From positions 2,234,001 to 2,298,000 of the forward strand of contig JASTWF010000033.1 in NCBI GenBank assembly GCA_030390025.1: a stretch of 64,000 nucleotides of DNA, read 5' to 3'. Source of the DNA: Squalus acanthias. Lineage: Eukaryota. Positions 1-18,000 of this stretch are shown here, piece by piece (the stretch's first letter is position 1; every line of letters starts with the position of its first letter). The translations under genes and the position numbers were made by a program. The notes under the pieces were generated by a model. It had not been told where the DNA came from, did not search any database, and saw only the letters and a list, made by a program, of their open reading frames with translations.

Positions 1-3000
1 ACAGCACTTCAATCTAATACAGCACTTCAATCTAATACAGCACTTCAATCTAATACAGCACTTCAATCTAATACAGCACTTCAATCTAATACAGCACTTC
101 AATCTAATACAGCACTTCAATCTAATACAGCACTTCAATCTAATACAGCACTTCAATCTAATACAGCACTTCAATCTAATACAGCACTTCAATCTAATAC
201 AGCACTTCAATCTAATACAGCACTTCAATCTAATACAGCACTTCAATCTAATACAGCACTTCAATCTAATACAGCACTTCAATCTAATACAGCACTTCAA
301 TCTAATACAGCACTTCAATCTAATACAGCACTTCAATCTAATACAGCACTTCAATCTAATACAGCACTTCAATCTAATACAGCACTTCAATCTAATACAG
401 CACTTCAATCTAATACAGCACTTCAATCTAATACAGCACTTCAATCTAATACAGCACTTCAATCTAATACAGCACTTCAATCTAATACAGCACTTCAATC
501 TAATACAGCACTTCAATCTAATACAGCACTTCAATCTAATACAGCACTTCAATCTAATACAGCACTTCAATCTAATACAGCACTTCAATCTAATACAGCA
601 CTTCAATCTAATACAGCACTTCAATCTAATACAGCACTTCAATCTAATACAGCACTTCAATCTAATACAGCACTTCAATCTAATACAGCACTTCAATCTA
701 ATACAGCACTTCAATCTAATACAGCACTTCAATCTAATACAGCACTTCAATCTAATACAGCACTTCAATCTAATACAGCACTTCAATCTAATACAGCACT
801 TCAATCTAATACAGCACTTCAATCTAATACAGCACTTCAATCTAATACAGCACTTCAATCTAATACAGCACTTCAATCTAATACAGCACTTCAATCTAAT
901 ACAGCACTTCAATCTAATACAGCACTTCAATCTAATACAGCACTTCAATCTAATACAGCACTTCAATCTAATACAGCACTTCAATCTAATACAGCACTTC
1001 AATCTAATACAGCACTTCAATCTAATACAGCACTTCAATCTAATACAGCACTTCAATCTAATACAGCACTTCAATCTAATACAGCACTTCAATCTAATAC
1101 AGCACTTCAATCTAATACAGCACTTCAATCTAATACAGCACTTCAATCTAATACAGCACTTCAATCTAATACAGCACTTCAATCTAATACAGCACTTCAA
1201 TCTAATACAGCACTTCAATCTAATACAGCACTTCAATCTAATACAGCACTTCAATCTAATACAGCACTTCAATCTAATACAGCACTTCAATCTAATACAG
1301 CACTTCAATCTAATACAGCACTTCAATCTAATACAGCACTTCAATCTAATACAGCACTTCAATCTAATACAGCACTTCAATCTAATACAGCACTTCAATC
1401 TAATACAGCACTTCAATCTAATACAGCACTTCAATCTAATACAGCACTTCAATCTAATACAGCACTTCAATCTAATACAGCACTTCAATCTAATACAGCA
1501 CTTCAATCTAATACAGCACTTCAATCTAATACAGCACTTCAATCTAATACAGCACTTCAATCTAATACAGCACTTCAATCTAATACAGCACTTCAATCTA
1601 ATACAGCACTTCAATCTAATACAGCACTTCAATCTAATACAGCACTTCAATCTAATACAGCACTTCAATCTAATACAGCACTTCAATCTAATACAGCACT
1701 TCAATCTAATACAGCACTTCAATCTAATACAGCACTTCAATCTAATACAGCACTTCAATCTAATACAGCACTTCAATCTAATACAGCACTTCAATCTAAT
1801 ACAGCACTTCAATCTAATACAGCACTTCAATCTAATACAGCACTTCAATCTAATACAGCACTTCAATCTAATACAGCACTTCAATCTAATACAGCACTTC
1901 AATCTAATACAGCACTTCAATCTAATACAGCACTTCAATCTAATACAGCACTTCAATCTAATACAGCACTTCAATCTAATACAGCACTTCAATCTAATAC
2001 AGCACTTCAATCTAATACAGCACTTCAATCTAATACAGCACTTCAATCTAATACAGCACTTCAATCTAATACAGCACTTCAATCTAATACAGCACTTCAA
2101 TCTAATACAGCACTTCAATCTAATACAGCACTTCAATCTAATACAGCACTTCAATCTAATACAGCACTTCAATCTAATACAGCACTTCAATCTAATACAG
2201 CACTTCAATCTAATACAGCACTTCAATCTAATACAGCACTTCAATCTAATACAGCACTTCAATCTAATACAGCACTTCAATCTAATACAGCACTTCAATC
2301 TAATACAGCACTTCAATCTAATACAGCACTTCAATCTAATACAGCACTTCAATCTAATACAGCACTTCAATCTAATACAGCACTTCAATCTAATACAGCA
2401 CTTCAATCTAATACAGCACTTCAATCTAATACAGCACTTCAATCTAATACAGCACTTCAATCTAATACAGCACTTCAATCTAATACAGCACTTCAATCTA
2501 ATACAGCACTTCAATCTAATACAGCACTTCAATCTAATACAGCACTTCAATCTAATACAGCACTTCAATCTAATACAGCACTTCAATCTAATACAGCACT
2601 TCAATCTAATACAGCACTTCAATCTAATACAGCACTTCAATCTAATACAGCACTTCAATCTAATACAGCACTTCAATCTAATACAGCACTTCAATCTAAT
2701 ACAGCACTTCAATCTAATACAGCACTTCAATCTAATACAGCACTTCAATCTAATACAGCACTTCAATCTAATACAGCACTTCAATCTAATACAGCACTTC
2801 AATCTAATACAGCACTTCAATCTAATACAGCACTTCAATCTAATACAGCACTTCAATCTAATACAGCACTTCAATCTAATACAGCACTTCAATCTAATAC
2901 AGCACTTCAATCTAATACAGCACTTCAATCTAATACAGCACTTCAATCTAATACAGCACTTCAATCTAATACAGCACTTCAATCTAATACAGCACTTCAA

Positions 3001-6000
3001 TCTAATACAGCACTTCAATCTAATACAGCACTTCAATCTAATACAGCACTTCAATCTAATACAGCACTTCAATCTAATACAGCACTTCAATCTAATACAG
3101 CACTTCAATCTAATACAGCACTTCAATCTAATACAGCACTTCAATCTAATACAGCACTTCAATCTAATACAGCACTTCAATCTAATACAGCACTTCAATC
3201 TAATACAGCACTTCAATCTAATACAGCACTTCAATCTAATACAGCACTTCAATCTAATACAGCACTTCAATCTAATACAGCACTTCAATCTAATACAGCA
3301 CTTCAATCTAATACAGCACTTCAATCTAATACAGCACTTCAATCTAATACAGCACTTCAATCTAATACAGCACTTCAATCTAATACAGCACTTCAATCTA
3401 ATACAGCACTTCAATCTAATACAGCACTTCAATCTAATACAGCACTTCAATCTAATACAGCACTTCAATCTAATACAGCACTTCAATCTAATACAGCACT
3501 TCAATCTAATACAGCACTTCAATCTAATACAGCACTTCAATCTAATACAGCACTTCAATCTAATACAGCACTTCAATCTAATACAGCACTTCAATCTAAT
3601 ACAGCACTTCAATCTAATACAGCACTTCAATCTAATACAGCACTTCAATCTAATACAGCACTTCAATCTAATACAGCACTTCAATCTAATACAGCACTTC
3701 AATCTAATACAGCACTTCAATCTAATACAGCACTTCAATCTAATACAGCACTTCAATCTAATACAGCACTTCAATCTAATACAGCACTTCAATCTAATAC
3801 AGCACTTCAATCTAATACAGCACTTCAATCTAATACAGCACTTCAATCTAATACAGCACTTCAATCTAATACAGCACTTCAATCTAATACAGCACTTCAA
3901 TCTAATACAGCACTTCAATCTAATACAGCACTTCAATCTAATACAGCACTTCAATCTAATACAGCACTTCAATCTAATACAGCACTTCAATCTAATACAG
4001 CACTTCAATCTAATACAGCACTTCAATCTAATACAGCACTTCAATCTAATACAGCACTTCAATCTAATACAGCACTTCAATCTAATACAGCACTTCAATC
4101 TAATACAGCACTTCAATCTAATACAGCACTTCAATCTAATACAGCACTTCAATCTAATACAGCACTTCAATCTAATACAGCACTTCAATCTAATACAGCA
4201 CTTCAATCTAATACAGCACTTCAATCTAATACAGCACTTCAATCTAATACAGCACTTCAATCTAATACAGCACTTCAATCTAATACAGCACTTCAATCTA
4301 ATACAGCACTTCAATCTAATACAGCACTTCAATCTAATACAGCACTTCAATCTAATACAGCACTTCAATCTAATACAGCACTTCAATCTAATACAGCACT
4401 TCAATCTAATACAGCACTTCAATCTAATACAGCACTTCAATCTAATACAGCACTTCAATCTAATACAGCACTTCAATCTAATACAGCACTTCAATCTAAT
4501 ACAGCACTTCAATCTAATACAGCACTTCAATCTAATACAGCACTTCAATCTAATACAGCACTTCAATCTAATACAGCACTTCAATCTAATACAGCACTTC
4601 AATCTAATACAGCACTTCAATCTAATACAGCACTTCAATCTAATACAGCACTTCAATCTAATACAGCACTTCAATCTAATACAGCACTTCAATCTAATAC
4701 AGCACTTCAATCTAATACAGCACTTCAATCTAATACAGCACTTCAATCTAATACAGCACTTCAATCTAATACAGCACTTCAATCTAATACAGCACTTCAA
4801 TCTAATACAGCACTTCAATCTAATACAGCACTTCAATCTAATACAGCACTTCAATCTAATACAGCACTTCAATCTAATACAGCACTTCAATCTAATACAG
4901 CACTTCAATCTAATACAGCACTTCAATCTAATACAGCACTTCAATCTAATACAGCACTTCAATCTAATACAGCACTTCAATCTAATACAGCACTTCAATC
5001 TAATACAGCACTTCAATCTAATACAGCACTTCAATCTAATACAGCACTTCAATCTAATACAGCACTTCAATCTAATACAGCACTTCAATCTAATACAGCA
5101 CTTCAATCTAATACAGCACTTCAATCTAATACAGCACTTCAATCTAATACAGCACTTCAATCTAATACAGCACTTCAATCTAATACAGCACTTCAATCTA
5201 ATACAGCACTTCAATCTAATACAGCACTTCAATCTAATACAGCACTTCAATCTAATACAGCACTTCAATCTAATACAGCACTTCAATCTAATACAGCACT
5301 TCAATCTAATACAGCACTTCAATCTAATACAGCACTTCAATCTAATACAGCACTTCAATCTAATACAGCACTTCAATCTAATACAGCACTTCAATCTAAT
5401 ACAGCACTTCAATCTAATACAGCACTTCAATCTAATACAGCACTTCAATCTAATACAGCACTTCAATCTAATACAGCACTTCAATCTAATACAGCACTTC
5501 AATCTAATACAGCACTTCAATCTAATACAGCACTTCAATCTAATACAGCACTTCAATCTAATACAGCACTTCAATCTAATACAGCACTTCAATCTAATAC
5601 AGCACTTCAATCTAATACAGCACTTCAATCTAATACAGCACTTCAATCTAATACAGCACTTCAATCTAATACAGCACTTCAATCTAATACAGCACTTCAA
5701 TCTAATACAGCACTTCAATCTAATACAGCACTTCAATCTAATACAGCACTTCAATCTAATACAGCACTTCAATCTAATACAGCACTTCAATCTAATACAG
5801 CACTTCAATCTAATACAGCACTTCAATCTAATACAGCACTTCAATCTAATACAGCACTTCAATCTAATACAGCACTCAATCAAGCACTTCAATCTAATAC
5901 AGCACTTCAATCTAATACAGCACTTCAATCTAATACAGCACTTCAATCTAATACAGCACTTCAATCTAATACAGCACTTCAATCTAATACAGCACTTCAA

Positions 6001-9000
6001 TCTAATACAGCACTTCAATCTAATACAGCACTTCAATCTAATACAGCACTTCAATCTAATACAGCACTTCAATCTAATACAGCACTTCAATCTAATACAG
6101 CACTTCAATCTAATACAGCACTTCAATCTAATACAGCACTTCAATCTAATACAGCACTTCAATCTAATACAGCACTTCAATCTAATACAGCACTTCAATC
6201 TAATACAGCACTTCAATCTAATACAGCACTTCAATCTAATACAGCACTTCAATCTAATACAGCACTTCAATCTAATACAGCACTTCAATCTAATACAGCA
6301 CTTCAATCTAATACAGCACTTCAATCTAATACAGCACTTCAATCTAATACAGCACTTCAATCTAATACAGCACTTCAATCTAATACAGCACTTCAATCTA
6401 ATACAGCACTTCAATCTAATACAGCACTTCAATCTAATACAGCACTTCAATCTAATACAGCACTTCAATCTAATACAGCACTTCAATCTAATACAGCACT
6501 TCAATCTAATACAGCACTTCAATCTAATACAGCACTTCAATCTAATACAGCACTTCAATCTAATACAGCACTTCAATCTAATACAGCACTTCAATCTAAT
6601 ACAGCACTTCAATCTAATACAGCACTTCAATCTAATACAGCACTTCAATCTAATACAGCACTTCAATCTAATACAGCACTTCAATCTAATACAGCACTTC
6701 AATCTAATACAGCACTTCAATCTAATACAGCACTTCAATCTAATACAGCACTTCAATCTAATACAGCACTTCAATCTAATACAGCACTTCAATCTAATAC
6801 AGCACTTCAATCTAATACAGCACTTCAATCTAATACAGCACTTCAATCTAATACAGCACTTCAATCTAATACAGCACTTCAATCTAATACAGCACTTCAA
6901 TCTAATACAGCACTTCAATCTAATACAGCACTTCAATCTAATACAGCACTTCAATCTAATACAGCACTTCAATCTAATACAGCACTTCAATCTAATACAG
7001 CACTTCAATCTAATACAGCACTTCAATCTAATACAGCACTTCAATCTAATACAGCACTTCAATCTAATACAGCACTTCAATCTAATACAGCACTTCAATC
7101 TAATACAGCACTTCAATCTAATACAGCACTTCAATCTAATACAGCACTTCAATCTAATACAGCACTTCAATCTAATACAGCACTTCAATCTAATACAGCA
7201 CTTCAATCTAATACAGCACTTCAATCTAATACAGCACTTCAATCTAATACAGCACTTCAATCTAATACAGCACTTCAATCTAATACAGCACTTCAATCTA
7301 ATACAGCACTTCAATCTAATACAGCACTTCAATCTAATACAGCACTTCAATCTAATACAGCACTTCAATCTAATACAGCACTTCAATCTAATACAGCACT
7401 TCAATCTAATACAGCACTTCAATCTAATACAGCACTTCAATCTAATACAGCACTTCAATCTAATACAGCACTTCAATCTAATACAGCACTTCAATCTAAT
7501 ACAGCACTTCAATCTAATACAGCACTTCAATCTAATACAGCACTTCAATCTAATACAGCACTTCAATCTAATACAGCACTTCAATCTAATACAGCACTTC
7601 AATCTAATACAGCACTTCAATCTAATACAGCACTTCAATCTAATACAGCACTTCAATCTAATACAGCACTTCAATCTAATACAGCACTTCAATCTAATAC
7701 AGCACTTCAATCTAATACAGCACTTCAATCTAATACAGCACTTCAATCTAATACAGCACTTCAATCTAATACAGCACTTCAATCTAATACAGCACTTCAA
7801 TCTAATACAGCACTTCAATCTAATACAGCACTTCAATCTAATACAGCACTTCAATCTAATACAGCACTTCAATCTAATACAGCACTTCAATCTAATACAG
7901 CACTTCAATCTAATACAGCACTTCAATCTAATACAGCACTTCAATCTAATACAGCACTTCAATCTAATACAGCACTTCAATCTAATACAGCACTTCAATC
8001 TAATACAGCACTTCAATCTAATACAGCACTTCAATCTAATACAGCACTTCAATCTAATACAGCACTTCAATCTAATACAGCACTTCAATCTAATACAGCA
8101 CTTCAATCTAATACAGCACTTCAATCTAATACAGCACTTCAATCTAATACAGCACTTCAATCTAATACAGCACTTCAATCTAATACAGCACTTCAATCTA
8201 ATACAGCACTTCAATCTAATACAGCACTTCAATCTAATACAGCACTTCAATCTAATACAGCACTTCAATCTAATACAGCACTTCAATCTAATACAGCACT
8301 TCAATCTAATACAGCACTTCAATCTAATACAGCACTTCAATCTAATACAGCACTTCAATCTAATACAGCACTTCAATCTAATACAGCACTTCAATCTAAT
8401 ACAGCACTTCAATCTAATACAGCACTTCAATCTAATACAGCACTTCAATCTAATACAGCACTTCAATCTAATACAGCACTTCAATCTAATACAGCACTTC
8501 AATCTAATACAGCACTTCAATCTAATACAGCACTTCAATCTAATACAGCACTTCAATCTAATACAGCACTTCAATCTAATACAGCACTTCAATCTAATAC
8601 AGCACTTCAATCTAATACAGCACTTCAATCTAATACAGCACTTCAATCTAATACAGCACTTCAATCTAATACAGCACTTCAATCTAATACAGCACTTCAA
8701 TCTAATACAGCACTTCAATCTAATACAGCACTTCAATCTAATACAGCACTTCAATCTAATACAGCACTTCAATCTAATACAGCACTTCAATCTAATACAG
8801 CACTTCAATCTAATACAGCACTTCAATCTAATACAGCACTTCAATCTAATACAGCACTTCAATCTAATACAGCACTTCAATCTAATACAGCACTTCAATC
8901 TAATACAGCACTTCAATCTAATACAGCACTTCAATCTAATACAGCACTTCAATCTAATACAGCACTTCAATCTAATACAGCACTTCAATCTAATACAGCA

Positions 9001-12000
9001 CTTCAATCTAATACAGCACTTCAATCTAATACAGCACTTCAATCTAATACAGCACTTCAATCTAATACAGCACTTCAATCTAATACAGCACTTCAATCTA
9101 ATACAGCACTTCAATCTAATACAGCACTTCAATCTAATACAGCACTTCAATCTAATACAGCACTTCAATCTAATACAGCACTTCAATCTAATACAGCACT
9201 TCAATCTAATACAGCACTTCAATCTAATACAGCACTTCAATCTAATACAGCACTTCAATCTAATACAGCACTTCAATCTAATACAGCACTTCAATCTAAT
9301 ACAGCACTTCAATCTAATACAGCACTTCAATCTAATACAGCACTTCAATCTAATACAGCACTTCAATCTAATACAGCACTTCAATCTAATACAGCACTTC
9401 AATCTAATACAGCACTTCAATCTAATACAGCACTTCAATCTAATACAGCACTTCAATCTAATACAGCACTTCAATCTAATACAGCACTTCAATCTAATAC
9501 AGCACTTCAATCTAATACAGCACTTCAATCTAATACAGCACTTCAATCTAATACAGCACTTCAATCTAATACAGCACTTCAATCTAATACAGCACTTCAA
9601 TCTAATACAGCACTTCAATCTAATACAGCACTTCAATCTAATACAGCACTTCAATCTAATACAGCACTTCAATCTAATACAGCACTTCAATCTAATACAG
9701 CACTTCAATCTAATACAGCACTTCAATCTAATACAGCACTTCAATCTAATACAGCACTTCAATCTAATACAGCACTTCAATCTAATACAGCACTTCAATC
9801 TAATACAGCACTTCAATCTAATACAGCACTTCAATCTAATACAGCACTTCAATCTAATACAGCACTTCAATCTAATACAGCACTTCAATCTAATACAGCA
9901 CTTCAATCTAATACAGCACTTCAATCTAATACAGCACTTCAATCTAATACAGCACTTCAATCTAATACAGCACTTCAATCTAATACAGCACTTCAATCTA
10001 ATACAGCACTTCAATCTAATACAGCACTTCAATCTAATACAGCACTTCAATCTAATACAGCACTTCAATCTAATACAGCACTTCAATCTAATACAGCACT
10101 TCAATCTAATACAGCACTTCAATCTAATACAGCACTTCAATCTAATACAGCACTTCAATCTAATACAGCACTTCAATCTAATACAGCACTTCAATCTAAT
10201 ACAGCACTTCAATCTAATACAGCACTTCAATCTAATACAGCACTTCAATCTAATACAGCACTTCAATCTAATACAGCACTTCAATCTAATACAGCACTTC
10301 AATCTAATACAGCACTTCAATCTAATACAGCACTTCAATCTAATACAGCACTTCAATCTAATACAGCACTTCAATCTAATACAGCACTTCAATCTAATAC
10401 AGCACTTCAATCTAATACAGCACTTCAATCTAATACAGCACTTCAATCTAATACAGCACTTCAATCTAATACAGCACTTCAATCTAATACAGCACTTCAA
10501 TCTAATACAGCACTTCAATCTAATACAGCACTTCAATCTAATACAGCACTTCAATCTAATACAGCACTTCAATCTAATACAGCACTTCAATCTAATACAG
10601 CACTTCAATCTAATACAGCACTTCAATCTAATACAGCACTTCAATCTAATACAGCACTTCAATCTAATACAGCACTTCAATCTAATACAGCACTTCAATC
10701 TAATACAGCACTTCAATCTAATACAGCACTTCAATCTAATACAGCACTTCAATCTAATACAGCACTTCAATCTAATACAGCACTTCAATCTAATACAGCA
10801 CTTCAATCTAATACAGCACTTCAATCTAATACAGCACTTCAATCTAATACAGCACTTCAATCTAATACAGCACTTCAATCTAATACAGCACTTCAATCTA
10901 ATACAGCACTTCAATCTAATACAGCACTTCAATCTAATACAGCACTTCAATCTAATACAGCACTTCAATCTAATACAGCACTTCAATCTAATACAGCACT
11001 TCAATCTAATACAGCACTTCAATCTAATACAGCACTTCAATCTAATACAGCACTTCAATCTAATACAGCACTTCAATCTAATACAGCACTTCAATCTAAT
11101 ACAGCACTTCAATCTAATACAGCACTTCAATCTAATACAGCACTTCAATCTAATACAGCACTTCAATCTAATACAGCACTTCAATCTAATACAGCACTTC
11201 AATCTAATACAGCACTTCAATCTAATACAGCACTTCAATCTAATACAGCACTTCAATCTAATACAGCACTTCAATCTAATACAGCACTTCAATCTAATAC
11301 AGCACTTCAATCTAATACAGCACTTCAATCTAATACAGCACTTCAATCTAATACAGCACTTCAATCTAATACAGCACTTCAATCTAATACAGCACTTCAA
11401 TCTAATACAGCACTTCAATCTAATACAGCACTTCAATCTAATACAGCACTTCAATCTAATACAGCACTTCAATCTAATACAGCACTTCAATCTAATACAG
11501 CACTTCAATCTAATACAGCACTTCAATCTAATACAGCACTTCAATCTAATACAGCACTTCAATCTAATACAGCACTTCAATCTAATACAGCACTTCAATC
11601 TAATACAGCACTTCAATCTAATACAGCACTTCAATCTAATACAGCACTTCAATCTAATACAGCACTTCAATCTAATACAGCACTTCAATCTAATACAGCA
11701 CTTCAATCTAATACAGCACTTCAATCTAATACAGCACTTCAATCTAATACAGCACTTCAATCTAATACAGCACTTCAATCTAATACAGCACTTCAATCTA
11801 ATACAGCACTTCAATCTAATACAGCACTTCAATCTAATACAGCACTTCAATCTAATACAGCACTTCAATCTAATACAGCACTTCAATCTAATACAGCACT
11901 TCAATCTAATACAGCACTTCAATCTAATACAGCACTTCAATCTAATACAGCACTTCAATCTAATACAGCACTTCAATCTAATACAGCACTTCAATCTAAT

Positions 12001-15000
12001 ACAGCACTTCAATCTAATACAGCACTTCAATCTAATACAGCACTTCAATCTAATACAGCACTTCAATCTAATACAGCACTTCAATCTAATACAGCACTTC
12101 AATCTAATACAGCACTTCAATCTAATACAGCACTTCAATCTAATACAGCACTTCAATCTAATACAGCACTTCAATCTAATACAGCACTTCAATCTAATAC
12201 AGCACTTCAATCTAATACAGCACTTCAATCTAATACAGCACTTCAATCTAATACAGCACTTCAATCTAATACAGCACTTCAATCTAATACAGCACTTCAA
12301 TCTAATACAGCACTTCAATCTAATACAGCACTTCAATCTAATACAGCACTTCAATCTAATACAGCACTTCAATCTAATACAGCACTTCAATCTAATACAG
12401 CACTTCAATCTAATACAGCACTTCAATCTAATACAGCACTTCAATCTAATACAGCACTTCAATCTAATACAGCACTTCAATCTAATACAGCACTTCAATC
12501 TAATACAGCACTTCAATCTAATACAGCACTTCAATCTAATACAGCACTTCAATCTAATACAGCACTTCAATCTAATACAGCACTTCAATCTAATACAGCA
12601 CTTCAATCTAATACAGCACTTCAATCTAATACAGCACTTCAATCTAATACAGCACTTCAATCTAATACAGCACTTCAATCTAATACAGCACTTCAATCTA
12701 ATACAGCACTTCAATCTAATACAGCACTTCAATCTAATACAGCACTTCAATCTAATACAGCACTTCAATCTAATACAGCACTTCAATCTAATACAGCACT
12801 TCAATCTAATACAGCACTTCAATCTAATACAGCACTTCAATCTAATACAGCACTTCAATCTAATACAGCACTTCAATCTAATACAGCACTTCAATCTAAT
12901 ACAGCACTTCAATCTAATACAGCACTTCAATCTAATACAGCACTTCAATCTAATACAGCACTTCAATCTAATACAGCACTTCAATCTAATACAGCACTTC
13001 AATCTAATACAGCACTTCAATCTAATACAGCACTTCAATCTAATACAGCACTTCAATCTAATACAGCACTTCAATCTAATACAGCACTTCAATCTAATAC
13101 AGCACTTCAATCTAATACAGCACTTCAATCTAATACAGCACTTCAATCTAATACAGCACTTCAATCTAATACAGCACTTCAATCTAATACAGCACTTCAA
13201 TCTAATACAGCACTTCAATCTAATACAGCACTTCAATCTAATACAGCACTTCAATCTAATACAGCACTTCAATCTAATACAGCACTTCAATCTAATACAG
13301 CACTTCAATCTAATACAGCACTTCAATCTAATACAGCACTTCAATCTAATACAGCACTTCAATCTAATACAGCACTTCAATCTAATACAGCACTTCAATC
13401 TAATACAGCACTTCAATCTAATACAGCACTTCAATCTAATACAGCACTTCAATCTAATACAGCACTTCAATCTAATACAGCACTTCAATCTAATACAGCA
13501 CTTCAATCTAATACAGCACTTCAATCTAATACAGCACTTCAATCTAATACAGCACTTCAATCTAATACAGCACTTCAATCTAATACAGCACTTCAATCTA
13601 ATACAGCACTTCAATCTAATACAGCACTTCAATCTAATACAGCACTTCAATCTAATACAGCACTTCAATCTAATACAGCACTTCAATCTAATACAGCACT
13701 TCAATCTAATACAGCACTTCAATCTAATACAGCACTTCAATCTAATACAGCACTTCAATCTAATACAGCACTTCAATCTAATACAGCACTTCAATCTAAT
13801 ACAGCACTTCAATCTAATACAGCACTTCAATCTAATACAGCACTTCAATCTAATACAGCACTTCAATCTAATACAGCACTTCAATCTAATACAGCACTTC
13901 AATCTAATACAGCACTTCAATCTAATACAGCACTTCAATCTAATACAGCACTTCAATCTAATACAGCACTTCAATCTAATACAGCACTTCAATCTAATAC
14001 AGCACTTCAATCTAATACAGCACTTCAATCTAATACAGCACTTCAATCTAATACAGCACTTCAATCTAATACAGCACTTCAATCTAATACAGCACTTCAA
14101 TCTAATACAGCACTTCAATCTAATACAGCACTTCAATCTAATACAGCACTTCAATCTAATACAGCACTTCAATCTAATACAGCACTTCAATCTAATACAG
14201 CACTTCAATCTAATACAGCACTTCAATCTAATACAGCACTTCAATCTAATACAGCACTTCAATCTAATACAGCACTTCAATCTAATACAGCACTTCAATC
14301 TAATACAGCACTTCAATCTAATACAGCACTTCAATCTAATACAGCACTTCAATCTAATACAGCACTTCAATCTAATACAGCACTTCAATCTAATACAGCA
14401 CTTCAATCTAATACAGCACTTCAATCTAATACAGCACTTCAATCTAATACAGCACTTCAATCTAATACAGCACTTCAATCTAATACAGCACTTCAATCTA
14501 ATACAGCACTTCAATCTAATACAGCACTTCAATCTAATACAGCACTTCAATCTAATACAGCACTTCAATCTAATACAGCACTTCAATCTAATACAGCACT
14601 TCAATCTAATACAGCACTTCAATCTAATACAGCACTTCAATCTAATACAGCACTTCAATCTAATACAGCACTTCAATCTAATACAGCACTTCAATCTAAT
14701 ACAGCACTTCAATCTAATACAGCACTTCAATCTAATACAGCACTTCAATCTAATACAGCACTTCAATCTAATACAGCACTTCAATCTAATACAGCACTTC
14801 AATCTAATACAGCACTTCAATCTAATACAGCACTTCAATCTAATACAGCACTTCAATCTAATACAGCACTTCAATCTAATACAGCACTTCAATCTAATAC
14901 AGCACTTCAATCTAATACAGCACTTCAATCTAATACAGCACTTCAATCTAATACAGCACTTCAATCTAATACAGCACTTCAATCTAATACAGCACTTCAA

Positions 15001-18000
15001 TCTAATACAGCACTTCAATCTAATACAGCACTTCAATCTAATACAGCACTTCAATCTAATACAGCACTTCAATCTAATACAGCACTTCAATCTAATACAG
15101 CACTTCAATCTAATACAGCACTTCAATCTAATACAGCACTTCAATCTAATACAGCACTTCAATCTAATACAGCACTTCAATCTAATACAGCACTTCAATC
15201 TAATACAGCACTTCAATCTAATACAGCACTTCAATCTAATACAGCACTTCAATCTAATACAGCACTTCAATCTAATACAGCACTTCAATCTAATACAGCA
15301 CTTCAATCTAATACAGCACTTCAATCTAATACAGCACTTCAATCTAATACAGCACTTCAATCTAATACAGCACTTCAATCTAATACAGCACTTCAATCTA
15401 ATACAGCACTTCAATCTAATACAGCACTTCAATCTAATACAGCACTTCAATCTAATACAGCACTTCAATCTAATACAGCACTTCAATCTAATACAGCACT
15501 TCAATCTAATACAGCACTTCAATCTAATACAGCACTTCAATCTAATACAGCACTTCAATCTAATACAGCACTTCAATCTAATACAGCACTTCAATCTAAT
15601 ACAGCACTTCAATCTAATACAGCACTTCAATCTAATACAGCACTTCAATCTAATACAGCACTTCAATCTAATACAGCACTTCAATCTAATACAGCACTTC
15701 AATCTAATACAGCACTTCAATCTAATACAGCACTTCAATCTAATACAGCACTTCAATCTAATACAGCACTTCAATCTAATACAGCACTTCAATCTAATAC
15801 AGCACTTCAATCTAATACAGCACTTCAATCTAATACAGCACTTCAATCTAATACAGCACTTCAATCTAATACAGCACTTCAATCTAATACAGCACTTCAA
15901 TCTAATACAGCACTTCAATCTAATACAGCACTTCAATCTAATACAGCACTTCAATCTAATACAGCACTTCAATCTAATACAGCACTTCAATCTAATACAG
16001 CACTTCAATCTAATACAGCACTTCAATCTAATACAGCACTTCAATCTAATACAGCACTTCAATCTAATACAGCACTTCAATCTAATACAGCACTTCAATC
16101 TAATACAGCACTTCAATCTAATACAGCACTTCAATCTAATACAGCACTTCAATCTAATACAGCACTTCAATCTAATACAGCACTTCAATCTAATACAGCA
16201 CTTCAATCTAATACAGCACTTCAATCTAATACAGCACTTCAATCTAATACAGCACTTCAATCTAATACAGCACTTCAATCTAATACAGCACTTCAATCTA
16301 ATACAGCACTTCAATCTAATACAGCACTTCAATCTAATACAGCACTTCAATCTAATACAGCACTTCAATCTAATACAGCACTTCAATCTAATACAGCACT
16401 TCAATCTAATACAGCACTTCAATCTAATACAGCACTTCAATCTAATACAGCACTTCAATCTAATACAGCACTTCAATCTAATACAGCACTTCAATCTAAT
16501 ACAGCACTTCAATCTAATACAGCACTTCAATCTAATACAGCACTTCAATCTAATACAGCACTTCAATCTAATACAGCACTTCAATCTAATACAGCACTTC
16601 AATCTAATACAGCACTTCAATCTAATACAGCACTTCAATCTAATACAGCACTTCAATCTAATACAGCACTTCAATCTAATACAGCACTTCAATCTAATAC
16701 AGCACTTCAATCTAATACAGCACTTCAATCTAATACAGCACTTCAATCTAATACAGCACTTCAATCTAATACAGCACTTCAATCTAATACAGCACTTCAA
16801 TCTAATACAGCACTTCAATCTAATACAGCACTTCAATCTAATACAGCACTTCAATCTAATACAGCACTTCAATCTAATACAGCACTTCAATCTAATACAG
16901 CACTTCAATCTAATACAGCACTTCAATCTAATACAGCACTTCAATCTAATACAGCACTTCAATCTAATACAGCACTTCAATCTAATACAGCACTTCAATC
17001 TAATACAGCACTTCAATCTAATACAGCACTTCAATCTAATACAGCACTTCAATCTAATACAGCACTTCAATCTAGCACTTCAATCTAATACAGCACTTCA
17101 ATCTAATACAGCACTTCAATCTAATACAGCACTTCAATCTAATACAGCACTTCAATCTAATACAGCACTTCAATCTAATACAGCACTTCAATCTAATACA
17201 GCACTTCAATCTAATACAGCACTTCAATCTAATACAGCACTTCAATCTAATACAGCACTTCAATCTAATACAGCACAGCACTTCAATCTAATACAGCACT
17301 TCAATCTAATACAGCACTTCAATCTAATACAGCACTTCAATCTAATACAGCACTTCAATCTAATACAGCACTTCAATCTAATACAGCACTTCAATCTAAT
17401 ACAGCACTTCAATCTAATACAGCACTTCAATCTAATACAGCACTTCAATCTAATACAGCACTTCAATCTAATACAGCACTTCAATCTAATACAGCACTTC
17501 AATCTAATACAGCACTTCAATCTAATACAGCACTTCAATCTAATACAGCACTTCAATCTAATACAGCACTTCAATCTAATACAGCACTTCAATCTAATAC
17601 AGCACTTCAATCTAATACAGCACTTCAATCTAATACAGCACTTCAATCTAATACAGCACTTCAATCTAATACAGCACTTCAATCTAATACAGCACTTCAA
17701 TCTAATACAGCACTTCAATCTAATACAGCACTTCAATCTAATACAGCACTTCAATCTAATACAGCACTTCAATCTAATACAGCACTTCAATCTAATACAG
17801 CACTTCAATCTAATACAGCACTTCAATCTAATACAGCACTTCAATCTAATACAGCACTTCAATCTAATACAGCACTTCAATCTAATACAGCACTTCAATC
17901 TAATACAGCACTTCAATCTAATACAGCACTTCAATCTAATACAGCACTTCAATCTAATACAGCACTTCAATCTAATACAGCACTTCAATCTAATACAGCA